Positions 41,262-53,820 of a DNA stretch of 64,000 nt are shown one piece after another; the stretch's first letter is position 1; the number at the start of each line of letters is the position of its first letter. Source of the DNA: Escherichia coli (GTDB lineage Bacteria > Pseudomonadota > Gammaproteobacteria > Enterobacterales > Enterobacteriaceae); NCBI RefSeq assembly GCF_003334405.1, contig NZ_QOWM01000001.1; one strand, given 5' to 3'. The translations under genes and the position numbers were made by a program. The notes beneath the pieces were generated by a model, which ran no database searches, was not told the DNA's origin, and saw nothing but the letters and a program-made list of their open reading frames with translations.

Positions 41262-41395
41262 CAACCAAACGACTCGGGGTGCCCTTCTGCGTGAAGGCTG
41301 AGAAATACCCGTATCACCTGATCTGGATAATGCCAGCGTAGGGAAGTCACGGACCACCAGGTCATTGCTTCTTCACGTTATGGCAGGAGCAAACT
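41262..41395 (+). promoter_or_regulatory. TPP (THI-box) riboswitch in thiM leader
   Basis: Leader contains ACGACTCGGGGTGCCCTTCTGCGTGAAGGCTGAGAAATACCCGTATCACCTGATCTGGATAATGCCAGCGTAGGGAAGTC, the classic thiM TPP aptamer, with SD GGCAGGAGC just before the ATG. Boundaries approximate. Confidence 0.85.
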
Positions 41396-42184
41396 ATGCA
41401 AGTCGACCTGCTGAGTTCCGCGCAATCTGCGCACACGTTACACCTTTTTCACCAACATTCCCCTCTTGTGCATTGCATGACCAACGATGTGGTGCAAACC
41501 TTTACTGCCAATACCTTGCTGGCGATCGGTGCATCGCCAGCGATGGTTATCGAAACCGAAGAGGCCAGTCAGTTTGCGGCTATCGCCAGTGCCTTGTTGA
41601 TTAACGTTGGCACACTGACGCAGCCACGCGCACAGGCGATGCGTGCTGCCGTTGAGCAAGCAAAAAGCTCTCAAACACCCTGGACGCTTGATCCAGTAGC
41701 GGTTGGTGCGCTCGATTATCGCCGCCATTTTTGTCATGAACTTTTATCTTTTAAACCGGCAGCGATACGTGGTAATGCTTCGGAAATCATGGCATTAGCT
41801 GGCGTTGCTAATGGTGGACGGGGAGTGGATACCACTGACGCCGCAGCTAACGCGATACCCGCTGCACAAACACTGGCACGGGAAACTGGCGCAATCGTCG
41901 TGGTCACTGGCGAGGTGGATTATGTTACCGATGGTCGTCGCACCGTTGGCATTCACGGCGGCGATCCGTTAATGGCCAAAGTGGTAGGAACTGGCTGTGC
42001 ATTATCGGCAGTTGTCGCTGCCTGCTGTGCGTTACCAGGCGATATGCTGGAAAATGTCGCATCTGCCTGTCACTGGATGAAACAAGCCGGAGAACGCGCA
42101 GTCGCCAGAAGCGAGGGGCCAGGCAGTTTTGTTCCACATTTCCTTGATGCGCTCTGGCAATTGACGCCGGAGGTGCAGGCATGA
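41396..42184 (+). CDS. thiM: hydroxyethylthiazole kinase
   Basis: 262 aa, [33 protein letters not shown]. Confidence 0.93.
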   Translation: MQVDLLSSAQSAHTLHLFHQHSPLVHCMTNDVVQTFTANTLLAIGASPAMVIETEEASQFAAIASALLINVGTLTQPRAQAMRAAVEQAKSSQTPWTLDPVAVGALDYRRHFCHELLSFKPAAIRGNASEIMALAGVANGGRGVDTTDAAANAIPAAQTLARETGAIVVVTGEVDYVTDGRRTVGIHGGDPLMAKVVGTGCALSAVVAACCALPGDMLENVASACHWMKQAGERAVARSEGPGSFVPHFLDALWQLTPEVQA

Positions 42185-42981
42185 AACGAATTAACGCTCT
42201 GACGATTGCCGGTACTGATCCGAGTGGTGGTGCGGGGATTCAGGCCGATCTTAAAACCTTCTCGGCACTTGGCGCTTATGGTTGCTCAGTTATTACTGCT
42301 CTGGTGGCGCAAAACACCCGTGGCGTACAGTCGGTGTATCGCATTGAGCCTGATTTTGTCGCTGCCCAGCTCGATTCGGTGTTCAGCGATGTGCGAATCG
42401 ACACCACTAAAATCGGTATGTTGGCGGAAACCGATATTGTTGAAGCGGTGGCAGAACGGTTGCAACGTTATCAGATCCAAAACGTGGTACTCGACACCGT
42501 TATGCTGGCAAAAAGCGGCGACCCGCTGCTTTCACCTTCGGCGGTTGCTACGTTGCGCAGTCGATTATTGCCACAGGTTTCATTAATAACGCCAAACTTG
42601 CCCGAAGCTGCTGCCTTGCTCGACGCGCCACACGCGCGCACCGAACAGGAAATGCTGGAACAAGGGCGATCGCTGTTGGCGATGGGCTGTGGCGCAGTGC
42701 TAATGAAAGGTGGTCATCTGGATGATGAGCAAAGCCCGGACTGGCTGTTTACCCGCGAGGGTGAACAACGGTTTACCGCACCGCGCATTATGACCAAAAA
42801 CACCCACGGCACTGGTTGTACGCTCTCTGCGGCGTTGGCTGCACTACGCCCGCGCCATACAAACTGGGCTGACACCGTACAGGAGGCAAAAAGCTGGCTT
42901 TCATCAGCATTAGCCCAGGCCGACACGCTGGAAGTTGGTCACGGTATTGGTCCGGTTCACCACTTCCACGCCTGGTGGTGA
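42181..42981 (+). CDS. thiD: hydroxymethylpyrimidine/phosphomethylpyrimidine kinase
   Basis: 266 aa; ATGA overlap with thiM; PfkB-like kinase motifs. Confidence 0.93.
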   Translation: MKRINALTIAGTDPSGGAGIQADLKTFSALGAYGCSVITALVAQNTRGVQSVYRIEPDFVAAQLDSVFSDVRIDTTKIGMLAETDIVEAVAERLQRYQIQNVVLDTVMLAKSGDPLLSPSAVATLRSRLLPQVSLITPNLPEAAALLDAPHARTEQEMLEQGRSLLAMGCGAVLMKGGHLDDEQSPDWLFTREGEQRFTAPRIMTKNTHGTGCTLSAALAALRPRHTNWADTVQEAKSWLSSALAQADTLEVGHGIGPVHHFHAWW

Positions 42982-43045
42982 GCACCGTACTATAGCTGCT
43001 TTGGTTATTGTCAGCCTTTGGCACTGACATTCAGGGATGAAACCA

Positions 43046-43864
43046 ATGCAGCTGAGAATCACCAGTCGAAAAAAATTCACCGCTTTATTATGCGCTCTTG
43101 GGCTAATTTCCATCGTTGCAATTTGTCCACGTCAGACGGTGAATTTTTTCTATTCGACAGCAGTTCAGATTAAAGACTACATCCACTTCTACGGTTATCG
43201 CCCGGTTAAATCTTTCGCTATTCGCATTCCTGCCAGTTACACCATTCACGGAATAGATGTTTCGCGCTGGCAGGAGCGGATCGACTGGCAGCGGGTGGCA
43301 AAAATGCGCGACAACGGTATCCGCTTACAGTTTGCTTTTATTAAGGCGACGGAAGGCGAAAAGCTGGTGGACCCCTATTTTTCGCGTAACTGGCAACTAA
43401 GCCGCGAAAATGGCCTGCTGCGCGGGGCGTATCATTATTTCTCCCCGTCGGTAGCAGCGCCTGTTCAGGCGCGATTATTTCTGCAAACGGTGGATTTCTC
43501 ACAAGGCGATTTCCCTGCCGTGCTGGACGTAGAAGAACGGGGAAAATTATCGGCAAAAGAATTACGCAAGAGGGTAAGTCAGTGGCTAAAAATGGTCGAA
43601 AAAAGTACGGGGAAAAAGCCGATTATTTACTCAGGAGCCGTTTTTTATCACACGAATCTGGCGGGCTATTTCAATGAATATCCGTGGTGGGTGGCTCACT
43701 ACTATCAACGTCGTCCGGACAATGACGGCATGTCCTGGCGCTTCTGGCAGCATTCCGACCGTGGACAGGTAGATGGCATCAATGGTCCGGTGGATTTTAA
43801 TGTGTTTAATGGCACGGTGGAGGAGTTGCAGGCATTCGTTGATGGGATTAAAGAAACGCCTTAA
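43046..43864 (+). CDS. yegX: GH25-family lysozyme-like protein with N-terminal membrane anchor
   Basis: Track ORF 43037..43864; second ATG at 43046 has better SD spacing; GH25-type family assigned from remembered YegX. Confidence 0.8.
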   Translation: MQLRITSRKKFTALLCALGLISIVAICPRQTVNFFYSTAVQIKDYIHFYGYRPVKSFAIRIPASYTIHGIDVSRWQERIDWQRVAKMRDNGIRLQFAFIKATEGEKLVDPYFSRNWQLSRENGLLRGAYHYFSPSVAAPVQARLFLQTVDFSQGDFPAVLDVEERGKLSAKELRKRVSQWLKMVEKSTGKKPIIYSGAVFYHTNLAGYFNEYPWWVAHYYQRRPDNDGMSWRFWQHSDRGQVDGINGPVDFNVFNGTVEELQAFVDGIKETP

Positions 43865-43915
43865 ATAAGAAGCAGTGATATACTCCCACCAGACTCCCTG
43901 GCAGGAAAAAGACAA

Positions 43916-44662
43916 ATGGAACAAGCGCATACCCAGCTGATTGCCCAACTGAACGAGCGTATTTTAGCGGCGGATAACACGCCGCTTTATATTAAGTTTG
44001 CCGAAACGGTAAAAAATGCCGTGCGCAGCGGGGTGCTGGAGCATGGCAATATTTTGCCCGGTGAGCGTGATTTAAGTCAGTTAACCGGCGTTTCGCGCAT
44101 TACGGTGCGCAAGGCGATGCAGGCGCTGGAAGAAGAGGGCGTGGTGACGCGTTCGCGTGGTTACGGCACGCAGATCAACAACATCTTCGAATACTCGTTG
44201 AAAGAAGCGCGAGGTTTTTCTCAGCAGGTGGTATTGCGCGGGAAAAAGCCCGATACGCTATGGGTTAACAAGCGTGTCGTGAAATGTCCCGAAGAAGTCG
44301 CGCAGCAGCTGGCGGTCGAAGCGGGAAGTGATGTCTTTTTGCTTAAGCGTATTCGCTATGTCGATGAAGAAGCGGTATCGATTGAGGAATCGTGGGTTCC
44401 GGCGCATTTAATTCATGATGTTGATGCCATCGGGATTTCACTTTATGACTATTTCCGCAGCCAGCACATTTACCCACAACGTACGCGTTCCCGCGTTAGC
44501 GCCCGGATGCCGGATGCCGAGTTTCAGTCACATATTCAGTTAGATAGCAAAATACCGGTGCTGGTGATCAAGCAAGTGGCGCTTGACCAACAGCAACGGC
44601 CTATTGAGTACAGCATTAGCCACTGTCGCAGCGATCTATACGTTTTTGTGTGCGAGGAGTAG
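43916..44662 (+). CDS. yegW: GntR-family transcriptional regulator (HTH plus UTRA-type domain)
   Basis: 248 aa; N-terminal GntR HTH region (ERDLSQLTGVSRITVRKAMQALEEEGVV). Confidence 0.85.
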   Translation: MEQAHTQLIAQLNERILAADNTPLYIKFAETVKNAVRSGVLEHGNILPGERDLSQLTGVSRITVRKAMQALEEEGVVTRSRGYGTQINNIFEYSLKEARGFSQQVVLRGKKPDTLWVNKRVVKCPEEVAQQLAVEAGSDVFLLKRIRYVDEEAVSIEESWVPAHLIHDVDAIGISLYDYFRSQHIYPQRTRSRVSARMPDAEFQSHIQLDSKIPVLVIKQVALDQQQRPIEYSISHCRSDLYVFVCEE

Positions 44663-45601
44663 TTCCTCGCGCGTTGGCGCACAATCACCGCCCCGATGCC
44701 CGACAACCCACGACGCCACTGCATTGCCCAGTAATACGGCATCCGCCAGTGGCAGACCAGAGGCCAGCCCGGCAAGTACGCCACCGGCATGACTGTCGCC
44801 CGCCCCAATGGTGTCGACAACTTGCGTTGGAAATGCCGGAATGCAGCCAGAAGCGTCGTTGCTGAAATACCATGCGCCTTCTTTATCGAGACGAACGATC
44901 AACGGCGCGGCAAATTTCTCCTGCCATTGCTTGCCAAGTGTTGTTATCTCTGCGGATAAAGCAAAACGTTCGGCGGCAATCTCAGCCTCTTGACGATTGA
45001 GCGACACTAAAGGTCGACAGGCCATGATCCGCGCCAGTAATGCATCCGGGATATCGCCAATACGTGGGCCAAAATCGATAAACGGCGTCACGTCTTGCAG
45101 CTCTTCCAGCCATTCCACTAACAATTCGCCGCAGGGCGAGGCCAGTTGATAACCGGAAAAATAGAGCAGGCTGCCAGGCGCAACGGTTAATCGCGCCAGC
45201 CACTGGCGATTCCACTGATTTTCCACACCGCTGAATGACATAAAAGTGCGTTCGCCATCCGGCTCAACCAGCGCCAGACACCAGCCGTTATCACCTTCGG
45301 CGTTATCGATCAGGCTGATTAAGCCCTCTTTTGCCATCCGGTTGCGAATAATCTCCGCCCACACGCCCTGACCGAGCGGCAAGGCATTACCCGCTTCGAT
45401 GCCGAGGCGCTTTAACGCCACGGCAATATTCAGTGCGCAGCCGCCAACGTTAACGCTCTGCTGTTTCAGTTCGATATCGCACCCACGCCAGGGGAGGGCA
45501 TAAGCGTCGGCGATCACGTCAATGACCGCCGCGCCGACGACCATCACCGGCTGACGCGTGGTTAATTCAGGCAGCAGCGTGTGTAATCGAGCGCCGCTCA
45601 T
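44636..45601 (-). CDS. yegV: PfkB-family sugar/nucleoside kinase
   Basis: 321 aa; C-terminal PfkB motif DTIGAGDSHAGGVLAG. Confidence 0.85.
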   Translation of the reverse strand: MSGARLHTLLPELTTRQPVMVVGAAVIDVIADAYALPWRGCDIELKQQSVNVGGCALNIAVALKRLGIEAGNALPLGQGVWAEIIRNRMAKEGLISLIDNAEGDNGWCLALVEPDGERTFMSFSGVENQWNRQWLARLTVAPGSLLYFSGYQLASPCGELLVEWLEELQDVTPFIDFGPRIGDIPDALLARIMACRPLVSLNRQEAEIAAERFALSAEITTLGKQWQEKFAAPLIVRLDKEGAWYFSNDASGCIPAFPTQVVDTIGAGDSHAGGVLAGLASGLPLADAVLLGNAVASWVVGHRGGDCAPTREELLLAHKNV

Positions 45602-46602
45602 ACCGCCTCCCGTTGTTGACGATATTTCGCCAGCGCTGTGGCATAGCGGTTGAAATCAAGCTGATTTACCGCATCCAGTTCCGCCTTTAACGCAGGATCG
45701 ATAGCGTTAACGCCATGCAACGCGCCGCAAATTGCCGTCGCCATAGCACCGATGGTGTCTGTGTCGCCGCCAAGGTTAGCGCACAGGACGGCGCAGCGAT
45801 TCGGGTCGGTTTGTGCCAGTTCAACCAGCGCAATGGCGCACGGAACGGACTCAATAGTGCTGGTACCTGCGCCAACGACCTGGTAAAGCTGTTCGCTGGC
45901 GGATTCGGTGCCGTCGGCATTGCGCACAATTTTCAGCGCAATCTCCAGCCGCGCCGCCAGTGAGGCGCTGAACGTAGTGATGCGTTTTTGCTGTGCATGT
46001 CGCGCAATTGAAGGCAGGGAATCAACAATCGCTGACCAGCTTTCTCCGTCAATGGCACGAGAAATCGCCCATGCGATGACTACCGCGCCTGCAACCGCCA
46101 GATCGGATTTATGGGTCGGGCTGGACGCCAGCGCTACATCATCAATAAAGGAATCAACATCACGCGCCGGAAGCAAACAACCTAATGGCGAGACGCGCAT
46201 CGCTGCGCCGTTGGTCACGCCGTTGTTTTCCAGTTCAGCAACGGGTTTACCGTCGCGAATGGCGTTAAGCGCAATCTTCGAGGTCGGACCTAGTACGTTT
46301 TTGTTAAAGGCGTCGAAACGCAGCGCCCAGTCGAGAATATTACGCCCAATCAGATCCGGATCGATCTTGCCTTCACGTTCCAGTAACGCATCCGCCAGAC
46401 ACAGCGCCATCGAGGTATCGTCGGTGAATTCGGCGCGGTTAAAATAACAGGCCGCGTTATTCTCCTTTGGTCCAGGAAGAAAACGGTCAATCCAGCCAAA
46501 GTGTGCTTTAACGCGGCTGCGTGGCCAAAGCTCGGAGGGCATCCCCATCGCATCCCCTAACGCCTGCCCATAAAGAGCACCGAGAATACGTTCTGTTTTC
46601 AT
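45598..46602 (-). CDS. yegU: ADP-ribosylglycohydrolase-family protein
   Basis: 334 aa; overlaps yegV start by 4 nt; family assigned from remembered YegU. Confidence 0.85.
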   Translation of the reverse strand: MKTERILGALYGQALGDAMGMPSELWPRSRVKAHFGWIDRFLPGPKENNAACYFNRAEFTDDTSMALCLADALLEREGKIDPDLIGRNILDWALRFDAFNKNVLGPTSKIALNAIRDGKPVAELENNGVTNGAAMRVSPLGCLLPARDVDSFIDDVALASSPTHKSDLAVAGAVVIAWAISRAIDGESWSAIVDSLPSIARHAQQKRITTFSASLAARLEIALKIVRNADGTESASEQLYQVVGAGTSTIESVPCAIALVELAQTDPNRCAVLCANLGGDTDTIGAMATAICGALHGVNAIDPALKAELDAVNQLDFNRYATALAKYRQQREAV

Positions 46603-47876
46603 TTAACTTCCCCTTGTGTCAACGCAATATCGCGATCATCGACCTTGATAGCCGTAATTTCGTTGTCGGATTCGCGGAAAAAAATCATGAACAGCACGGC
46701 GATAATGGCAATCATCACCGCGCCGAAAGTCCACATCCCGGACCAGTTGAAAGTCAGTCCGTTTACCGGTTCCTGATAAGCGAACATCTTTTCCATCATC
46801 ACACCGCCAAGACGATAGCCGAGCAAACTGCCGAAGCCCTGGCAGCAGAGCGTGATCAGCCCCTGCGCAGCGGTACGCATATGCACGGGGGCTTTTTTAT
46901 CGACATAGATGTAAGCGGTAACGTAGTAAAAATCGTAACTTACGCCGTGAAGCAAAATACCGAGGAACAGTAACGCGTAGGTGAAATATTCATCCGCACT
47001 ACCGTAAATAAAGAAGCCATAGCGGATCGCAGCGGTGACCAGACCAAGCAATAATACCTTTTTGATACCAAAGCGTTTAGTGAAAAACGGCAATGCCAGC
47101 ATAAAGAAGATTTCAGAGAACTGGCCGAGCGTCATCCAGCCGGTGGCGTTTTTCATGCCAACTTCGGTCAGATAACCGTTGGCAAAGATGTAATAGAACG
47201 CCAGTGGCATCGCAAACAGGAATGAACAGAAGAAAAAGACGAGGAAGTTTTTATCGCGCAGCAGGATCAGCGCATCCAGGCCGAGCATGACTTTAATATC
47301 CATTTTGCCGGTGCTTTTTGGTGGCGTGTCGGGCAGGAAAAACGCAAACACACCGAGCAGAGCAGAACTTCCGGCGGTAATCAGCAGCGGGATGTTAGTC
47401 GGTGAGATATCGGCATACCCCAGTATTTGCGGCAAGAAACCACATGCCAGACCGGAGGCAATCCAGCCGATAGTGCCCATCACACGAATGCGCGGGAAAT
47501 CACGCTCAACATCCGGCACGTTGGCAAAAGCGATGCTGTTAGTCAGCGCAATGGTCGGCATATAGGTTAGCGAGTAGGCCAGCAGTAACGGGAAGAACCC
47601 GGCAAAAGTGGTCTGTTGCGCAGCGAAATACATCAGCAGCGCGCCTGCGAACATCAATACCGCCAGCACTTTCTGCGCCGAGAAAAAGCGGTCAGTGATG
47701 GAGCCAACCAGAATTGGCGACAGGATCGCCGCAATGGCGGTACAGGCATACGACCAGCCAATTTCTCCGGCACTAAAACCGCTTTTACTTAACCATAACC
47801 ACAATGGCACAAACCACGCGCCCCAGATAAACCATTCAACAAACATCATGAACGACAGCTTTGCTGTTGTTTTCAT
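46599..47876 (-). CDS. yegT: MFS nucleoside:H+ symporter-family transporter
   Basis: 425 aa polytopic membrane protein; overlaps yegU start by 4 nt. Confidence 0.85.
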   Translation of the reverse strand: MKTTAKLSFMMFVEWFIWGAWFVPLWLWLSKSGFSAGEIGWSYACTAIAAILSPILVGSITDRFFSAQKVLAVLMFAGALLMYFAAQQTTFAGFFPLLLAYSLTYMPTIALTNSIAFANVPDVERDFPRIRVMGTIGWIASGLACGFLPQILGYADISPTNIPLLITAGSSALLGVFAFFLPDTPPKSTGKMDIKVMLGLDALILLRDKNFLVFFFCSFLFAMPLAFYYIFANGYLTEVGMKNATGWMTLGQFSEIFFMLALPFFTKRFGIKKVLLLGLVTAAIRYGFFIYGSADEYFTYALLFLGILLHGVSYDFYYVTAYIYVDKKAPVHMRTAAQGLITLCCQGFGSLLGYRLGGVMMEKMFAYQEPVNGLTFNWSGMWTFGAVMIAIIAVLFMIFFRESDNEITAIKVDDRDIALTQGEVK

Positions 47877-48132
47877 CTTTTAATTCCTTCATGACAGGTA
47901 ATGTAAGGTACGCGATGACAATACCACTTAATAATACCTTTTAAATACCTTTGCGGTGAAAACTTGACCGCGCTAACATTTTTTCTGATGAATCGAGCCA
48001 ACAGAAAACGCTGAAAAAACATCCAAAAGATGGAAAAACTCGCCCGTAACGACCAGGATTATGATTGCCCGCAAAAGGCGGGCCAGGAAAATCCATAGCC
48101 GATATCCAATCGGAATTTACGGGAGCATAGTA

Positions 48133-49185
48133 ATGACAGATATTGCGCAGTTGCTTGGCAAAGACGCCGACAACCTTTTACAGCACCGTTGTATGACTAT
48201 TCCTTCTGACCAGCTTTATCTCCCCGGACATGACTACGTAGACCGCGTGATGATTGACAATAATCGCCCGCCTGCGGTGTTACGTAATATGCAGACGTTG
48301 TACAACACCGGGCGTCTGGCTGGCACAGGATATCTTTCTATTCTGCCGGTTGACCAGGGCGTTGAGCACTCTGCCGGAGCTTCATTTGCTGCTAACCCGC
48401 TCTACTTTGACCCGAAAAACATTGTTGAACTGGCGATCGAAGCGGGCTGTAACTGTGTGGCGTCAACTTACGGCGTGCTGGCGTCGGTATCGCGGCGTTA
48501 TGCGCATCGCATTCCATTCCTCGTCAAACTTAATCACAACGAGACGCTAAGTTACCCGAATACCTACGATCAAACGCTGTATGCCAGCGTGGAGCAGGCG
48601 TTCAACATGGGCGCGGTTGCGGTTGGTGCGACTATCTATTTTGGCTCGGAAGAGTCACGTCGCCAGATTGAAGAAATTTCTGCGGCTTTTGAACGTGCGC
48701 ACGAGCTGGGCATGGTGACAGTGCTGTGGGCCTATTTGCGTAACTCCGCCTTTAAGAAAGATGGCGTTGATTACCATGTTTCCGCCGACCTGACTGGTCA
48801 GGCGAACCATCTGGCGGCGACCATTGGCGCGGACATCGTCAAACAGAAAATGGCGGAAAATAACGGCGGTTATAAAGCGATTAATTACGGTTATACCGAC
48901 GATCGCGTGTACAGCAAGTTAACCAGCGAAAACCCGATTGATCTGGTGCGTTATCAGTTAGCTAACTGCTATATGGGCCGGGCTGGGTTGATAAACTCCG
49001 GCGGTGCTGCAGGCGGTGAAACTGACCTCAGTGATGCAGTGCGTACTGCGGTTATCAACAAACGCGCTGGCGGAATGGGGCTGATTCTTGGACGTAAGGC
49101 GTTCAAGAAATCGATGGCTGACGGCGTGAAACTGATTAACGCCGTGCAGGACGTTTATCTCGATAGCAAAATTACTATTGCCTGA
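48133..49185 (+). CDS. fbaB: class I fructose-bisphosphate aldolase
   Basis: ATG at 48133 with GGGAG SD gives [34 protein letters not shown] and 350 aa. Confidence 0.92.
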
Positions 49186-49186
49186 T

Positions 49187-49327
49187 ACGCCTTATACGAA
49201 CAACACCACCCCGTAGGACGGATAAGGCGTTTACACTGCATCCGGCAACCTATGCCTGATGCGACGCGGAAGCGTCTTATCATGCCTACATAGCACTGCC
49301 ACGTATGTTTACACCGCATCCGGCATA
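49187..49327. repeat. REP/BIME cluster downstream of fbaB
   Basis: Several GGATAAGGCG / CGCATCCGGCA-type palindromic units in series. Confidence 0.6.
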
Positions 49328-49346
49328 AAAACACGCGCACTTTGCT

Positions 49347-49377
49347 ACGGCTTCCCTATCGGGAGGCCGTTTTTTTG
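49347..49377 (+). terminator. intrinsic terminator (ACGGCTTCCC / GGGAGGCCGT stem plus T7)
   Basis: GC-rich hairpin followed by TTTTTTT, located after fbaB and the REP cluster. Confidence 0.6.
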
Positions 49378-49437
49378 CCTTTCACTCCTCGAACAATTTT
49401 CATATTGTCGTTTTGTGATCGTTATCTCGATATTTAA

Positions 49438-51637
<2,200 letters not shown>

Positions 51638-51646
51638 GGACGGTAT

Positions 51647-52099
51647 ATGACTAACCTGTTTGTTCGTAGCGGAATTTCTTTTGTCGATCGTAGCGAAGTT
51701 TTAACCCATATCGGTAATGAGATGCTCGCCAAAGATGTGGTTCATGATACCTGGCCACAGGCATTAATTGCCAGAGAAGCAGAATTCCCTACCGGGATAA
51801 TGCTTGAGCAGCACGCCATTGCAATACCGCATTGTGAGGCGATTCATGCTAAGTCGTCAGCCATTTATCTGTTAAGGCCAACAAATAAAGTTCATTTTCA
51901 GCAAGCGGATGATGATAACGACGTGGAGGTATCGTTGGTTATTGCGTTGATTGTGGAAAATCCGCAGCAGCAATTGAAACTTTTACGCTGTTTATTTGGC
52001 AAGTTACAACAGCCCGATATCGTCGAGACACTAATCACTCTTCCTGAAACCCAGTTAAAGGAATACTTCACAAAGTATGTTTTAGATTCAGAAGAATAA
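51647..52099 (+). CDS. gatA: galactitol PTS enzyme IIA
   Basis: 150 aa; position and size in gat operon. Confidence 0.9.
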   Translation: MTNLFVRSGISFVDRSEVLTHIGNEMLAKDVVHDTWPQALIAREAEFPTGIMLEQHAIAIPHCEAIHAKSSAIYLLRPTNKVHFQQADDDNDVEVSLVIALIVENPQQQLKLLRCLFGKLQQPDIVETLITLPETQLKEYFTKYVLDSEE

Positions 52100-52129
52100 A
52101 TCCCTCTGTAACAATAAAAAGGACTATTT

Positions 52130-52414
52130 ATGAAACGCAAGATTATTGTCGCTTGCGGAGGCGCGGTTGCGACCTCTACGATGGCGGCGGAAGAAATTAA
52201 AGAGTTGTGTCAGAATCATAATATTCCTGTTGAATTAATCCAGTGTCGGGTTAATGAAATAGAAACCTATATGGATGGTGTGCATTTGATATGCACCACT
52301 GCCAAAGTGGATCGTAGTTTTGGCGATATTCCGTTAGTTCACGGCATGCCTTTTATTTCTGGTGTCGGTATCGAAGCATTACAAAATAAAATTCTGACTA
52401 TCTTACAGGGGTGA
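52130..52414 (+). CDS. gatB: galactitol PTS enzyme IIB
   Basis: 94 aa; [23 protein letters not shown] with active-site Cys. Confidence 0.9.
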   Translation: MKRKIIVACGGAVATSTMAAEEIKELCQNHNIPVELIQCRVNEIETYMDGVHLICTTAKVDRSFGDIPLVHGMPFISGVGIEALQNKILTILQG

Positions 52415-52417
52415 CCT

Positions 52418-53773
52418 ATGTTTTCAGAAGTCATGCGTTATATTCTCGACCTCGGCCCTACGGTGATGCTTCCGATTGTCATCATTATTTTTTCTAAAAT
52501 ATTAGGCATGAAGGCAGGCGATTGCTTTAAAGCGGGTCTGCATATCGGGATTGGCTTTGTTGGCATTGGCCTTGTGATTGGCTTAATGCTGGATTCCATT
52601 GGTCCGGCGGCGAAAGCGATGGCGGAAAATTTCGACCTGAATCTGCATGTGGTCGATGTCGGCTGGCCGGGCTCTTCACCAATGACCTGGGCGTCGCAAA
52701 TTGCGCTGGTGGCGATTCCGATTGCGATTCTGGTTAACGTGGCGATGTTACTGACCCGTATGACGCGGGTGGTAAATGTTGATATCTGGAATATCTGGCA
52801 TATGACCTTCACCGGCGCGTTGCTGCATCTGGCAACCGGTTCATGGATGATAGGGATGGCAGGTGTGGTAATTCACGCGGCGTTTGTTTATAAGCTCGGC
52901 GACTGGTTTGCCCGCGATACCCGAAATTTCTTTGAGCTGGAAGGTATTGCTATTCCGCACGGTACGTCGGCGTATATGGGGCCGATTGCGGTGCTGGTCG
53001 ATGCTATCATCGAGAAAATCCCAGGCGTTAACCGAATTAAATTTAGCGCCGACGATATTCAGCGCAAATTTGGTCCATTTGGCGAGCCTGTCACCGTGGG
53101 TTTTGTGATGGGGCTGATTATCGGCATCCTCGCGGGTTACGATGTCAAAGGTGTATTGCAGCTGGCGGTAAAAACGGCGGCAGTGATGCTGCTAATGCCA
53201 CGGGTGATTAAACCCATCATGGATGGTTTAACGCCCATCGCTAAGCAGGCCCGTAGTCGTTTACAGGCGAAGTTCGGCGGTCAGGAGTTCCTGATTGGCC
53301 TGGATCCCGCATTACTGCTGGGGCATACGGCGGTGGTATCGGCAAGCCTGATTTTTATCCCGCTCACCATTTTAATTGCTGTTTGTGTTCCGGGTAATCA
53401 GGTGCTGCCGTTTGGCGATCTTGCCACCATCGGCTTCTTTGTGGCGATGGCAGTCGCCGTGCATCGTGGAAATCTGTTCCGCACCTTAATCTCGGGTGTC
53501 ATCATCATGAGCATCACTCTGTGGATCGCGACGCAAACTATTGGTTTGCACACCCAACTGGCGGCTAATGCTGGGGCGTTAAAAGCCGGGGGTATGGTGG
53601 CTTCAATGGATCAGGGCGGTTCTCCCATTACCTGGTTACTGATTCAGGTTTTCTCCCCGCAAAATATTCCCGGTTTCATTATTATCGGCGCAATTTATCT
53701 GACCGGTATTTTCATTACCTGGCGTAGAGCGCGTGGTTTTATTAAACAAGAGAAAGCCGTTCTCGCAGAATAA
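52418..53773 (+). CDS. gatC: galactitol PTS enzyme IIC permease
   Basis: 451 aa polytopic membrane protein. Confidence 0.92.
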   Translation: MFSEVMRYILDLGPTVMLPIVIIIFSKILGMKAGDCFKAGLHIGIGFVGIGLVIGLMLDSIGPAAKAMAENFDLNLHVVDVGWPGSSPMTWASQIALVAIPIAILVNVAMLLTRMTRVVNVDIWNIWHMTFTGALLHLATGSWMIGMAGVVIHAAFVYKLGDWFARDTRNFFELEGIAIPHGTSAYMGPIAVLVDAIIEKIPGVNRIKFSADDIQRKFGPFGEPVTVGFVMGLIIGILAGYDVKGVLQLAVKTAAVMLLMPRVIKPIMDGLTPIAKQARSRLQAKFGGQEFLIGLDPALLLGHTAVVSASLIFIPLTILIAVCVPGNQVLPFGDLATIGFFVAMAVAVHRGNLFRTLISGVIIMSITLWIATQTIGLHTQLAANAGALKAGGMVASMDQGGSPITWLLIQVFSPQNIPGFIIIGAIYLTGIFITWRRARGFIKQEKAVLAE

Positions 53774-53820
53774 TTTTTAACTGAGGGGGAGTTTATCCCC
53801 CTTAACAATCAGGAGTTTTT

